From Felis catus (Eukaryota): a DNA stretch of 60,000 bases. The notes beneath the pieces were generated by a model, which did not search any database, was not told the DNA's origin, and was given only the letters and a program-made list of their open reading frames with translations. The stretch is taken from the NCBI RefSeq assembly GCF_018350175.1, contig NC_058369.1, positions 14,262,001 through 14,322,000 of the forward strand, written 5' to 3'. The position numbers and the translations under genes were made by a program. Each line of letters opens with the position of its first letter. The first letter of the stretch is position 1. This document shows positions 1 through 14,200 of the stretch, one piece after another.

Positions 1-1847
1 CTTCTCAAGGTGGTGGAACCAGACCTCCAGAACCTTCTGTGTGATCCAGAAAAGGCATGGGGGCCCAGTGACAGGCTTCTGTAAAGCGAGGAGAATAAGG
101 AAGCCCACGGTGAAGCTCTGTCACAGAAACTGAGAAGGGAAAACACTGCCATGAGAGATTGTTTCTTTAGGGAAGAGAGGGCCAAGCTGGTGGGGGAGGT
201 ACTGGGGGCATTAAGGAACAGGAGGTGAAGCCCTCCAGAGACAGGGCCAGATCACAGGGCACCACGGCCCCTGGAGGCACCCAGACCTGGCCAGGAGACA
301 ACACATCAGTGTCAGAGACGAGAAAAGGGACATCAGAAAGGCCATGGTCAGTGCAGGCAGTTAGGACGGAGCCCAGGTGCGTGCAGGCCAGGTGTGCAGA
401 CAGACTTGGAATCCAGCCCTTCACCCTTGATCTACCCACTGAGCTGAGCAAACTCGGGGAGTGACCCTGGACTCCACCATGCCCACTCAGACCCAGGCTG
501 CCAGTGTACCCCCCAGATGCCTCTTACCCATCCCCTGGGCCTGGCCTCCGTCTCTCCACCCTGAGTTTCTGCAGGCGCTGTCTCCTCTCTGGTTACGGTT
601 ACAAGCAGGCCCTGTCTGCTTGCTGGGCCCCCAGGCTCCCTGGAGTCCAGCCCCCACTTGCCTTTGATCTCTTCTCTCCTCCCTGCGCCCCCTCCTTTTC
701 CCTGTGTCAACCACCCTGCCTGTCTTGTGGTCCCTCAGGACCCCCCACTTCTCATCAGGGCCTCTGGGTGTTCCATTCCTCCCCCTGTAATACCATCTCA
801 CATACACACGCATCCCCAGTTAGCTGTGCCTCATCCTTCAACCTCAGCCCCTCACCACCCACCCCATGTTCTCCCGGGACCCTAAGCCCCCTCATCACAG
901 CCATCCAAGATTGGTGACTCAACACATTTGTCTAAAGATTTGGTTCCTGTCTGGCTCTCCCCGTGGACTGGCAGCCCCAAGGGGAGGGGGAGCTTGTACA
1001 TATCCCCCCCATACGCACTGTGTGTCCCAAGGATCCTCAGGGCACCTCGTTCCTGTCAGACTCCAGGGACTCTGGGGATCACTGAATGGTCTGCCCCTCC
1101 CCCATCCTTCCTCATTGTGGAGCCAGGAAAGATGGGAGCACCGCCAGGCCCTAGTGCTCCCCTTGGTGGCGAGAGTTCTGTGGCCGAGTCAGCTGAGGGA
1201 ATGGAGACTCTAGCAACATGGTAAGCAGGTGACTTCTTGTGTAACTCCTCACAGGGAGCTTTGAGAAGACTCGGGAACAGTGCTGGCTCTGAGGCTAGCC
1301 TCGTGATGCAGGCCAGCACCGTCACTGTCACCCTCACCTTGGCTGGAAAAAGAACCACAAATGCTGGCCTCTGGCAGTCCTGATGGAAAGTTGTGGAAAG
1401 GGGCCACACTGACACAGAGGGTCTGCTTGCCTCACACCACTGCCTGATCTCCAGCCCACAGGGCCCTGGTGACTTTGCTCTAACCACTGCAGCACGGGAG
1501 CCCAGGGCACACAGACGGTGGACACAGCCAGGGTTTGCACTTGGGGTGCAGTGACTCTTCTCTTTGGGGTCGGTCCTATTTTGGCTGTCTCTGAGAAGTT
1601 GGAAACTCATGGGACAGCCCAGCCAGTGGGTCACCTCTCACGTGGATGGTCTCTATCACCCAAAAAGTTTTCACCGTGGCCCACACAGGCTCTGTGGCCA
1701 CTGGACTCATGACGGCTTGCCCTGTGCCCCACTGTGCCCAGGGCCCAGCAGGGCTGTGACACTTGAACAGCTGGGCAAGTTACAGCCCTCCACCAGGAAT
1801 AGAAGGAAAGATGTTCCTCCTGAGTGAGGTCCCCAGCGTAGCAGACC

Positions 1848-1852
<5 letters not shown>

Positions 1853-1906
<54 letters not shown>
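1853..1906. repeat. (CT)~27 microsatellite
   Basis: perfect CT run ending about 33 nt before the SLC25A42 acceptor. Confidence 0.95.
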
Positions 1907-1909
<3 letters not shown>

Positions 1910-1939
1910 GACAGACTGTGTCCACGTGTTTTTTTGCAG

Positions 1940-2045
1940 AGCGACCACAGGCAAGTTCTCAGCTCCCTCCTGTCTGGGGCCCTGGCTGGTGCTCTGGCCA
2001 AAACGGCGGTAGCTCCCCTGGACCGAACCAAAATCATCTTCCAAG
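1940..2045 (+). CDS. SLC25A42: SLC25A42 coding exon (human exon 3 equivalent), [35 protein letters not shown]
   Basis: ttttgcAG acceptor, G|GTAAAT donor, 106 nt; mitochondrial carrier signature PLDRTK; the start-codon exon is outside the window. Confidence 0.96.
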
Positions 2046-2155
2046 GTAAATGCTCTCTGTCCGCCTGTCGTGTACGATAGAGATGCTTCCAGGTGCTTGC
2101 CCTCCTCTGCAGCCCCCCAAACTGCACTGCAAACTGGCTTTAAATTGCCTTTTTA

Positions 2156-2367
2156 GGGGCACCTCAGTGACTCAGTCGGTTAAGCATCCACCTGCTTGAT
2201 TTCGGCTCTGGTCGTGATCTCACGGTTCATGGGATCAAGCCCTGCATCGGGCTCTTGTGCAGAGCCTGCTTGGGATTCTCTCCCCCTCTCCCTCTGGCCC
2301 CCTGCCCCTACTTCTCATTTTTTTCTCTCTCTCTCTCTAAATAAATAAATAAATAAACTTAAAAAAA
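2156..2367 (+). mobile_element. Can-SINE (tRNA-derived carnivore SINE)
   Basis: GGGGCACC..CTCAGTCGGTTAAG head, CT tract, AATAAA tail. Confidence 0.9.
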
Positions 2368-2394
2368 TGCCTCTTAAAAATCCACTTAGAAACC

Positions 2395-2772
2395 CTGGTA
2401 GCCCCCCAGGGCTGCCATCACAAAGTACCATATACGACTCAGCTCACACTCCAGAGGCCAGAGGTCTGGAATCAGGGTGTCATCCCCAATCGGTTCCTTT
2501 TGTGGACTCTAGGGGAGGAGCCTTCCAGCTCCCGGGGCTCCAGGCATCCTTGGCTTCTGGTCTCATCTCCCCAGACTCTGCTTTGCCCTCTGCGTCTGTG
2601 TCCACTCCTCTCGTAAGGACACTTGTCATTGGATATAGGGCCCACCCGACTCCAGTAAACTGTCATCCTAATGTAATTACATCTGCAAAGACCCTGTTTC
2701 CAAATGAAGTCCCATTCACTTCTACTCGGCATGAGGACATGGACACTCCTTTTGGGGAGGCCCAGTTCAAAA
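2395..2772. mobile_element. MaLR solo LTR (MLT1-like)
   Basis: recognised MLT1 motifs: ggctgccatcacaaagtacca, aaggacacttgtcattggatatagggcccaccc, attacatctgcaaagaccctgtttccaaat. Confidence 0.75.
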
Positions 2773-3754
2773 AACTTTCACTCTCTCCTTGGGGTCAAGC
2801 AGCCACAGGGTCCCCTGAAGAGGAGGCCTTTCCGTCCCATAGACAGTGACCAGTGCCTACAACAGGGCAGTCACAAGCGGGGACCCCTGCCCCTCAACTG
2901 TTTGGGAGGAAGGGACTGCAGATTCAAGCCAGGCCCTCCTCGAGCTGGTCCCCGAGCCTCCCTGTGCCTCAGTTTCCTCATCCACAAAACAGGATGCTAA
3001 TATCAGCCTCCTCCCAAAGGAGTGGGCTGACGTGGGAAAGAGCGTGCTGTTACCTGGAGCGTAGTGCCCTGCGGGGAGCTGGGTTTAGCTCTGAGGGCCA
3101 GTAGGTGTGCACAACTGTCCGCACAGATGAGACTGTGATGGTGTCCTGGGAACACGGCAGACGCTCGGAAAGTGAGGAGAGGGAGGCTGCAAGACCCCTT
3201 GTGGCGCAGGCGCCCGAGGGCAGAGCACACTGTGGAATCGGGGAGCCAGGCGGCAGCCATCAAGGGTGCGGGAGGCCGGTTGGGGTGGCCGCCTGCACCT
3301 GTGAGAAGATAGGGTCGGCTCTGGGCAGGGGACACCTCCCAGGACTTGTTCTGAGAGGACCAAGCCCCTTGGCTGCTCTGCACAGCTGGTGCCAGGGAGG
3401 CCTTTCCCAAAGGGGTTTGGTTGAATTGGAGTCCGGCTGGGTGGGCCGAGCTGTCAACCCCAAGGGGCAGAAGCCCCTGCAGAGACCCTCGCTTTTCTGG
3501 GGAGTGAGGCGGCAGCTCCCTTCCCTGGGGAAAAGTTCACAGGCAGGGGGCCCTGAGCCAGTGAGGAAGTTCCCTGGAGGAGACTGACCCTGCTCAGAGC
3601 GCCCCCCCCCCCACCTCAGCCCTTGGCAGGGAAGCATCCTCAGGGGCTGTTCTCACTCCCCATGCTCAGACCTGAGCCCAGCAGTGGGGTCCCACAGACC
3701 GAGGTCCTGTCCTTCACATCTAATGGTCTCTATTGTGTTTTTGTTTTCTTCCAG

Positions 3755-3780
3755 TGTCTTCAAAAAGATTTTCTGCCAAG
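3755..3780 (+). CDS. SLC25A42: SLC25A42 26-nt micro-exon (V)SSKRFSAK
   Basis: ttttcttccAG acceptor, AAG|GTGAGC donor; restores phase between the flanking exons. Confidence 0.93.
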
Positions 3781-4393
3781 GTGAGCCACTGGGTCACTGA
3801 CTCCTGGCTCTGGGGCCATCACCGTCTGCCCTGCTGAGCTGGCAGGAGGTGGTGGCAGGTGGCCAGGGGTGAAGGAAGATGCTTTCCAAAGTGTTTTTTC
3901 CCTTTCATCTCCCCAACAAGCGAGCTCCCAGGCTGCCAGGTGACCTGAGGCCTCCCCCACCAGCCCCAGGGCCGCCTGTCCTAGTGCCCCGACCTCTGCC
4001 TGGATGCAGCCCACCCCAGGAACTGACAGGAGACACTCATCCTTGGGGCGGTGGGGAGAGGACTTGAAGTTCTAAACCTACAATTTCACATTTGATTCAT
4101 TTTTAAACAGAGAGCAGGCAGCACCTTTGTAATACAGGAAGAGCTAAAGAATATCTTTGAAAGCTAGACTACCGGCCAGACCCTCTGTGTGGGGCTCTTG
4201 TCTGCAAACCTTGTTTCCCCTGGCTCGTGACTATTCCTCGGGCCAGAGGAGTAGGGAGAGAGGGGTCCCTGCGCGGGGCCCAGAGAATGTGGGGGGCAAG
4301 GTGGGGTGGGTCCGATAAGGTGGCCCCAGTCACAGTGCTGGACAAAACAGGGTGTTCTCCATGGATGGAGCACAGGGCAGGCGAGGGTGTTGA

Positions 4394-4579
<186 letters not shown>

Positions 4580-4893
4580 TGAGTGGCCGCCCCCCGCCGC
4601 CCCCAAAACCCGTCTCAACCCTGCACCACCACCCTGTCCTCCTGTCTCTGCACGCTCACCACGGCAGAACTCTCGTTTGCCCAGGCTCCCCTCAGAACCT
4701 AAGTCCGGGGAGGGCCCCCGATCCCCACTGCGCCCCAGTGTCCACAGGGAAGGAACACGTCATGACTGCATCCAAGCAGATGCCGAGGAAGGGCAGCTGT
4801 GGGAACCTCAGAATGATGTCCGCCCAGGAGACCCATCGCTCCGCCATAAGGCGGCCAGGACCCGCCCAATCCTTGCTTCTCCCCTCTGGCTGA

Positions 4894-5079
<186 letters not shown>

Positions 5080-5210
5080 TGAGTTCCTAGGCCATGCGTT
5101 CTGTTCTGCCGCTACTCTCCACACGGGCAGTAATTGGTTCTCTTAGCCGATACTAGGACCATTACTAGTATTGCCTCTCGTTTGTACTTATATCAAACCG
5201 AAAGTCTTCA

Positions 5211-5415
5211 TTTTTATTTTTTTTTAATGTTTGTTTATTTTTGAGAGAGGAAGAGAGAGCATGAGTTGGGGAGGGGCCGAGAGAGAGAGAGAGACACACA
5301 CACAGAATCCAAAGCAGGCTTCGAGCTGTCAGTGCAAAGCCCAACGTGGGGCTTGAACCCACGAACCATGAGCCAAAGTCAGACGCTCAACTGACTGAGC
5401 CCCCCAAGTGTCCCC
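5211..5415 (-). mobile_element. Can-SINE
   Basis: poly-T, GA tract, gtcagtgcaaagcccaacgtggggcttgaac. Confidence 0.88.
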
Positions 5416-5676
5416 CAAAGTCTCCCATTTTGGATTGGCATGGATACGTTACCAATGCCCACGGTGAAAAGGCAAGGGCTGGGCATAGCAGAGTGACCTG
5501 GGAGGTGAAGGTGGGGTACGGCCTTAGGCACGCATTTCCCCCTCCAATGCCAAAGCTTTTGCAATGTGGTTGTGTTCCTTAAAGAAGGAAGGCGTCAACA
5601 TCCAGACCCTGGCCCGCCCGTCTTCGGGAGGAGCGGAGAATTAGTCAAGGCCAGCGGCCCCTCTGCGTGCCCATAG

Positions 5677-5982
<306 letters not shown>

Positions 5983-6799
5983 TGAGGCTGCTAGACTCCC
6001 AGCCTTTCGTGCCGCATTTTGAGACAGCTTTGTGAAATCCAGAGTGTCATCCGGAGCAGTGGCAGCCACTTGTGCACAGAGCGTCCCGGGTACGGTCTAG
6101 ACGGCAGAGGGAGTGCCCTCTCGTGTTTAGGTAATTTTGAGAAATTCAAAAAGTGCAGAAAAACAGAGAGCAATATGCCACCACCCATACCTGCTACCCG
6201 CCCCCGCCCGGTGCAAACAGGTGGTGACGTTGCTCCGAGATGTTTTCTCTTAAAGAAGATGTTCCAGGTGAAGCTGAGGTCCTGTGTTCCCCACCCCCAG
6301 CCCCGCTGCCCCCTGAGGCCTCTCTGCAAGAACTGCATCCCTCACGCTGGCTGCTGAAGCTGCCACACGCCTTTCTACGTGCAGCAGGAACAATACCTTG
6401 TGATGTTGTAAACGGTGACCACAGCTGAGTTACCTCCACCTGCAACCAGTGCAGCTGGGCCCCAGCTCTCAGTTCACCCTGCCGGGTCTGGGTCGGAGGC
6501 TCTGAGTCCACCCCGCCGGGTCTGAGGCTCTGCCGTGCCTTTTAGCAGTGGCGTGGGCCTCCCCTGCCGGGGGGCTGCTGGGTGTTCCCGGGTTTTCAGT
6601 GATCAGACACCCAGGGCGTGAGCCCCCAGTTTGGGGACGTACTCCGCTTGCCCCCCGGCCCTGTCTCCGTGCGCTCACCCAACGTGGGTGCCAGCGGATT
6701 CCTTCCTGTCCGGCCAGCGTGCTGAGTGAATAGCGGTGTCCCACTGTTTGTAATTCCTAGTTTACCTTTACAACCACACCATTTTTGTTTTGTTTCTTT

Positions 6800-7215
6800 T
6801 TTTTTTAATTTAAAAAAATTTTTTTTAAAATTTTTTTTTTTAATGTTTATTCATTTTTTGATAGAGACAGAGCGTGAGCGGGGGAGGGGCAGAGAGGGAA
6901 GGAGTTCGAGAAGGGGCTCGAACTCACGGACCGTGAGATCATGACCTGAGCTGAAGGCGGACGCTTAACCGACTGAGCCGCCCAGGCGCCCCTTAATTTT
7001 TTTTTTTTTTTAATGCTTGTTTAGTTTTGAGAGAGAGAGAGACACAGAGTGTGAGTGGGGGAGGGGCAGAGAGGGAGGAAGACACAGAATCTGAAGCAGG
7101 TTTCAGGCTCTGAGCTGTCAGCACAGAGCCCGACGCGGGGCTCGAACTCACGGACCATGAGATCATGACCTGAGTCGAAGTCGGATGCTTAACCAACTGA
7201 GCCACAAGGCACCCC
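6800..7215 (-). mobile_element. Two tandem felid Can-SINEs (about 6800-6992 and 6993-7215)
   Basis: two SINE heads; direct repeat tacaaccacac flanks the pair. Confidence 0.9.
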
Positions 7216-7532
7216 TACAACCACACAGTTTTCAAGAACCCCTCTTGTTTGGCTGCTGCCCCTTCCTGTGTCCCACATGTCCCGTCCACCCAGCTGCTCA
7301 CCTCACCGCATCCCTGCAGCCCTGTGGAGGGTACCCACGGAGCGGGCTGGGTGGTGGAGAGGGTCGCGGTCGCCCCTATCACTTTCCTTCTTTGCTTGAT
7401 GGGAAAACAGGAGTGATCAGATGGGAGTTCATTCTGGGTCGTAGGACTTGGTTAAAGGGATTATTTGTGAGTTTCTGCCTTTTTAGAAACTTTTCTTCTC
7501 AAATTTGATTAAAAGGAATGGCCGGGAGGTGA

Positions 7533-8006
<474 letters not shown>

Positions 8007-9948
8007 GGAGCCCGCGGGCCGGCTGCTCTCGAGACGGGGAGCCGAGCTTCCACTTGCAGCGGACCACTGACCCCTTTCGTTTCTGAGCCCGTGGAGTGAG
8101 GGTGCGCGTGGTTCCACTCTGGGAGCCACGTCAGGAGCACCTTGTGGAATAAGCTGGGGGACCTGGCCTCGGTCCCACCAGCCGGCAGCCCTTGAAGTGC
8201 AATGTTGAGGCTGGTGGGCAGGGGCTACCACACTCTCCCATCCCTCCTCCCTGGGGCTGGCACTGTCTCCTGGAGGCGTCGCCCTAAATGCCCTGAGCCG
8301 GGAGTGACCAGCACCGCCTCCTGGCACCCTGTGACCTTGGACATGCTCCTGGTTCTAGTGACCCCATGCCCACTGGGCTCAGAGCCAGACTCCACCTGCC
8401 CCTGCGCCCACAGAGGGGAGTCCCAGAGTGTTCGGAGAAGCCTGTCCAGGCCCTGGTGAGGTGGGGCCAGACTTCTGCTCAGCTGGGGCTACAAATACAG
8501 CCTCTTGCCCCACCCCGCCCCACCTGTCCCCCCTTTGCCATTACTTCCCAGGTGACATGACTCCTCTGTCACCAGAGCCTCCTGCTTCGGAACAGCCTTC
8601 TCCCAAGAGGATTATTTGGATCCTGGACTCCGTGGCCATAGTAGGGCACCAGGAGTGGGTCTTCCCCTCTCTCGCCCACCTGTCTGGTTTGTAATGTTTC
8701 CAGGAGGGTCACGTCTCCTCCACACAGCAGGGTTTGAGGAATTGCCACGGGTTTGGGTCTGAGTCCTAGCCGGAGGGCATCTGCTGGACACTGGGCACCC
8801 AGGTCACCTTCTCTGGGCCTGGAAGCTCCCACCCCTATCGCTGTCCCACAGGCCGCACCAGTAGGGGCCTGGCCTTAGGCCCTCGCCCTCTGCCCCTAGG
8901 CACAGCGGCTCCTGTGGGGATGTGTGGCATGTCCCTGGCTCCCCACCTGAGCAGGCACTCGGCCAAGACACAGGGCAGTTTAAGACCCACAGGGTTGTCG
9001 GATTTCCATGAAGAGAGCGCATGGAGGCAACTTGCAGCCTTGATCATCCCAAAATGGGGGCCCCTGAGACCGTGTGTAGCCCAGGGGGGGATTCTCGGAG
9101 AAATTGGGGAACCCCAGGGCACCTCCAGGGAGCTGGTCTCATGGAGAAGTCCCCTAGGGTCTGCTCGGTATCACATTTCAGAATGACTTTGGGAGTTTCT
9201 TGATCACTTTTGGTTTTGTTCTTCAATCTGGCTGACCCTGGGTCTAGTCACAGTAAACCCCGACCCGTGTGATCTGGTTCCAGGCAGAGGTGACCAGAGG
9301 GTCGGTTTTCACAGAGAGCTCCTCAGCGACGATGTGTGAAAGGGTCTAAGAGGGCATGTTTGCCCCATGCACATTTCCAGTCGTGAGCTTCATTTCTCCC
9401 CTTTGTTCTGTCCCGTTGGTGTCCTTGCCTGGGACCCCTGCAGGTATGAAGACCCCTCTCTCTGTCCTTCCTTGCATGTGTCTGCCGGCCAGCCTGACTC
9501 TCATCCCCAGGGTCTCAAGGCTGTTTTGTTGGGTGGACTTCGCTCCTCCTGTCCTTGCCCTGCCCAGCGCCCAGGCTCGGCAGGAGAGGCAGGGACCCCT
9601 CACAGGGAGACGGGCTGGGGACCCAAGGGCCACCAGGCAAGAGAAAGCAGCAGGGGCTGGGGGGTCCACCGCAGGCAGGTGAGACCAAACGAATGGCTCT
9701 CTGAGCCTCAGGCCGGGTGGCAGAGGGGAGGGGCCCCCAGGTCCCGCCAGCCCCACCGTGCCTCCCCAAGGTGGCTCCCAGTCGAGTGGGCCTCAGCCAC
9801 ACACACAGCTGGGCTGGTGCCCTCCGTGGCCACACCCCTCCCACCGGTGTCCATCTTGATCTGGAGTTACATTTTGATGCCATGAAGACACTTTGTTTAT
9901 ATATAATGTTTATATATTTTAAAAGATTTGTGCCAAGAGAGTATATTT

Positions 9949-9954
9949 AATAAA
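9949..9954 (+). terminator. SLC25A42: Probable SLC25A42 polyadenylation signal (3' UTR about 1.95 kb)
   Basis: AATAAA in an AT-rich patch, followed by ATTAAA and a T-rich/GT-rich downstream element. Confidence 0.75.
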
Positions 9955-10099
9955 AATTAAAATGACTTTTTTTTCTGCCCGTGTCTCTTCTCTTCGGCTC
10001 TAACCCCCAACCCTCCCTCCATTTCAAACCAAAAACAGGGTTGAGGTTATTTTGACAGATTTTTAAATATATTCTTGAATAACCCCACCCACCCACCCT

Positions 10100-10205
10100 T
10101 TTTTTTTTAAGTAGGCTCCATGCCCAACGTGGGGCTTGAACTCAGGACCCTGAGATTTGGGGAGGACATTACCAGCTCTACCAACTGAGCCAGCCAAGCA
10201 TCCCT
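10100..10205 (-). mobile_element. Short Can-SINE
   Basis: aagtaggctccatgcccaacgtggggcttgaactc..ccaactgagccagcc. Confidence 0.75.
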
Positions 10206-10411
10206 TGAATACACCTTTTTAATGTAATAATTGTTTCAATTATTAATACATAGCATGGTCTTCTAGAAAACTCAGACTGTAAAAGAGTTACAGTGAGAAG
10301 TAGGTCGGCCTGCCCATTCCCTCCGCCAAGGTGTCTTCTGTTACCAGTTTCTCATGTGTCCTTCCGGAGCCATCCTGTGCATAAACACTCGTCCCTTTTG
10401 TTGTTTGTTTG

Positions 10412-10611
10412 TTTTTACATTTATTTATTTTTGAGAGACAGAGACCGCGTGAGCAGGGGAGGGGCAGAGAGAGAGGGAGACACATCCGAAGCAGGCTCCA
10501 GGCTCTGAGCTGTCAGCACAGAGCCCGACGCGGGGCTCGATCTCATGAACCGTGAGATCCTGACCTGAGCCAAAGTCGGACGCTTAACCGACTGAGCCAC
10601 CCAGGCACCCC
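10412..10611 (-). mobile_element. Felid Can-SINE
   Basis: full consensus body ending ..actgagccacccaggcacccc. Confidence 0.92.
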
Positions 10612-12219
10612 AACACTCGTCTCTTTTGAGGACACGGATGACGAGCCACTTCATCAGTCAGGATGGGTTGCATCCTGCTGCAGCCAGCATGGCCACAGAG
10701 TCCTGTGGTTTCTCTCCCATGCCCTGCCTGTCTGTCATGTGCTGGGGCCCCTGCTCCCTGGCCGCTCGAGGCTTTAGGAGCGAGTGTGGCTGTCAGCAGG
10801 GGCACGAGGATGAGGAGGCCACCAGAGGTCTCAGTGGCCATTGAGACTGCAGCCCATTACCTGGACCAACTTGTAGGGCTCACCTGAGCAGAGGTGGGGA
10901 GTGGGAGCCTCCACACGCCAGGGGAGGAGGGGCGACTGGATGTGCGCACTCGTGTGGGGGTGTGATTCGAGTACATTCTACCTTGCTGACCCTGAACTGC
11001 TCTGCGAGCTGCTTTCAATCAACCATATTTCTTGCACGTTGGTCTCTACTGTGTACTGTTTGTCTCAGTTTAGCCACAGGTTGGCGTTTCCCTGGGGTGG
11101 TGGCCTGTGATGACATCCCTTGACGGTCATTGAGGTTGTTCGTGATCTGTTGCCATGACAACGAGGTAGTGGCTCCTGGGGACTGCTGAGCTTGCCTCTC
11201 ACGTCCTACTGATTTCTGGTCAGCCCCACCTCTTGTACCAGCCCCTAAACCTGGGAGGGTCTGGGTCAACTCCCCACTTTCCCCCAACCACTGTGGCATC
11301 CCCTAAAATATAGAGGTGGGCACGTGACTCCATCTGCACCCATGACAGCAGAGAAGATATTTACTAACCACTTCCAGATAGAACTTCTGGAAGCACCCTT
11401 TCTCTCTCCCACTGGCCCTGTGGGAAGAAACACCAGCCCAGGCAGTTGTTGGGACTATCCTGTGACCACAAGGTAGAAAGCCATCCCAGCGTGAAACTGA
11501 CACTGCAGAAAATGGAGCAGAGATGAACAGAGGGGTTGGCGTATTTGTGACATTGTCTGGGCTGCTGGATCCAGCCTTGCCTGAAGCTCTCAACTGCCTC
11601 TCAACTTCTGGCAAGATGAGTCGCTTTATCCTGTTTATTGAAGACAGAGTTGAGCTTCTTGGCACTCTCTGAAGCAAGTCTGTTATGTGCCTCTTTGTGT
11701 TCACACACTAGTGTGGCTATGGGTTCCCAGGAACGAAATTGCTAGGTAGGGATCGAGGGATACGTTAACTGATGCTGCCAGTGCCCATTCCTAAGTCCAG
11801 CAGTCACGGCTGCCACCAACTGCTTTTGGCTGTAAGCCGCTGCAACCCAGTCTGGGGGCTTCCCCGTAGGAGCATGACTCAACACCCCAGGAGCAGCCTC
11901 GGCCAATGATTGTGGACAGCCCTTCACCACTGGGGTGGGTTCACTCGGGTCAGATCTAACCGTCCCCCCAGGTCCCCAGCCGGACCAAGCCCGGGTTGCC
12001 CACTTAGTCGCCTGTTCATTGGCACCCCCACAGGGCTCCTCCCTCCCCGTTTCATTTCTCCATCCCCAGGGAGTCTCCCTGGGGTGACCTCCCAGGTAAA
12101 CCATGGGCCCTGAGTCCTCGTGACAGGGTCATCTTTTGGGGAAATCTATCCAGAGATGAACAGAAATGCCAGATACTCCTGCAAGGAGATGGGAGCCATT
12201 TATATCACATACCCTCACT

Positions 12220-12620
12220 GTCTTGAGTTTCCTGTGGCCGCCTTAACGAAGTACCCCAGACCGGGGGGCTTAAAAACCCAAATGTACTCTCTTACAGTTC
12301 TGGAGACCGGAAGTCCAAAAGCAGCGTGTCAGCGGGTTTGATTCCTTCCGAGGTCATGAGGGAAGGACGTGTCCAGGCCTTTTCTTGGCTGCCGGCTGTC
12401 TTCCTGTCGTCTTCCCTCTGTGCTTTTCTGTATCTAAATTTCGTTGTAATAGAAAAAAGAAAAAAAAAAGCAAATTTCCTCTTCTCAGGACCCACCTTCA
12501 TGGCCTCGTTTTAACGTAATCGTCTCTTTAAAGCCCTGCTATCCAAATCCGGCCCCACTCTGAGGTCCTAGAGGTTAGGACTTCTGTGAATTTGGGGAGG
12601 ATGTCATTCAGCGCCTATCC
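12220..12620. mobile_element. MaLR solo LTR (MLT1-like)
   Basis: ttacagttctggagaccggaagtccaa, cccaccttcatggcctcgttttaac, tgaggtcctagaggttaggacttc. Confidence 0.75.
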
Positions 12621-12920
12621 TCACCAAGGCCAGTCACCCGCCTTGCAGATCCTCACTATTCCGGCGGGGGAAGCAGCAGGACATCCAGGGCGTGGGTGGT
12701 GGCCAGGCGGTGACAGGGGAAGAGACAGCAAGGTCAGGAGGAGGCCTGAGGACTGGACAAGGTGGAGGTCCCGGGGACCCGGACAGGAGTGGTTCCAAGG
12801 TGCATCTTGGGTCCTGCTTCCTCTCTGGAGTCATTGAAAGCTTGACTTGCCATTGGGTTTTCCTTTTTCTTTTTCTTTTAAGTCCTCTTTTCTTCAGCCG
12901 GTTTAGAAATGACACGTTGC

Positions 12921-13140
12921 GGGGTGCCTGGGTGGCTCAGTCGGTTAAGCGTCCGACTTCAGCTCAGGTCACGAAATCGCGGTCCGTGAGTTCGAGCCCC
13001 GCGTCGGGCTCTGGGCTGATGGCTCGGAGCCTGGAGCCTGCTTCCGATTCTGTGTCTCCCTCTCTCTCTCTGCCCCTCCCCCGTTCATGCTCTGTCTCTC
13101 TCTGTCTCAAAAATAAACGTTAAAAAAAAAAAAAGAAAGA
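12921..13140 (+). mobile_element. Young felid Can-SINE with target-site duplication
   Basis: near-consensus body; agaaatgacac(g/a)ttgc on both flanks. Confidence 0.95.
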
Positions 13141-13157
13141 AAGAAATGACACATTGC

Positions 13158-13385
13158 GTTTCTTGTAACATAGGGCTTCTGGGCCGGGGCATTGCGGACT
13201 TCCGGGGTGGGGCCGTCCTGGGCACCTCAGGTTGTTGAGCAGCATCCTTGGCCTCCGCCCACCAGATGCTGTAGTGTCCCTGTCCCCTCTCAATCATGAC
13301 AGCCAAAAATGTCTCCAGAAAAAAATGCCTCCATTGACTAGTAACCCTTTGGGGCAGAATCATCCCTCCTGTGAGAAGGCCTGAG
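13158..13385. mobile_element. MER20-like hAT DNA transposon relic
   Basis: agcagcatccttggcctccgcccaccagatgc..gacagccaaaaatgtctccaga..ggggcagaatcatccc resembles the MER20 reverse complement. Confidence 0.75.
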
Positions 13386-13659
13386 GTGTGGTGACTACCA
13401 CTGACATGGCAGTTAACAAGGTAATACTTCCCCTCCTGAAAACACAGGGTCCTGACCACCCCCTTCTATCTTCCCTATTTTTCTCTGTGGCTCCCTTGTT
13501 TCTCTCAGTCTTTTTTTTTTTTTTTTTTGAATTGTGAAATGTGTCCCCAAAAGAGTCTGTAAGACCGCTGTGGTTTAACGCACGGCAGTGAGAGCCTGTG
13601 ACCGTCATGGGTTCTTCCTGCCTTGGCTGTCCCACGTGCGCCTCGTGCCGGTCACTCTC

Positions 13660-14200
13660 TTTTCTTTAGGTGTTTTCAACTTCCTGTGTGTCCCTAAACC
13701 ACGTGGTGTTGAGCTCTGAGAGCAGAGAGCTCGCAGAGCCCTGGCTGAGCAAGGGAAGGGCCAGGTGGCCAGAGGCACCACCGCCGGGGTCTGTGCCAGT
13801 GGGCTCAGGGCACCGGTTTCGGGGGCTCCCGGGGTGTCGGCCATAGTGCGGGACCAGCAGAACGAGGAGGCCACGCTCCATCATCTCGGAGTCCTGGGCC
13901 ACTAGGTGCGGCCCGTTCTGTCCTGGCTGGGACTTCATTCTGGAACTTCCCGGACACGTGCCTAGGGATGGGGTTCTCGTCCCGCAGCACCTGGAACCGT
14001 GCGGTCCTGGGGAGTTCCCGTCGCCTGGCTCCATCGGCGTCTCCCTCCCTCTGCTCGGATGTCTCTTTCCAGAACTCTCTTTCTTTGGAAGATTCTTCCG
14101 GGTCAGTCCTCTGATTTCCTTTGTCCCCTCCCTTGTTTTCCATTATCTTTTATCTTTCTGTTCCTCCTGCAAGATCTCTACAACTTTATCCGCCACCTCC
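13660..14200 (-). mobile_element. Decayed HAL1 or ancient L1 ORF1-region fragment
   Basis: minus strand gagttctggaaagagac..gaactccccagga..cccatccctaggcac..gaagttccagaat parallels the ancient L1/HAL1 ORF1 consensus as recalled from memory. Confidence 0.5.
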
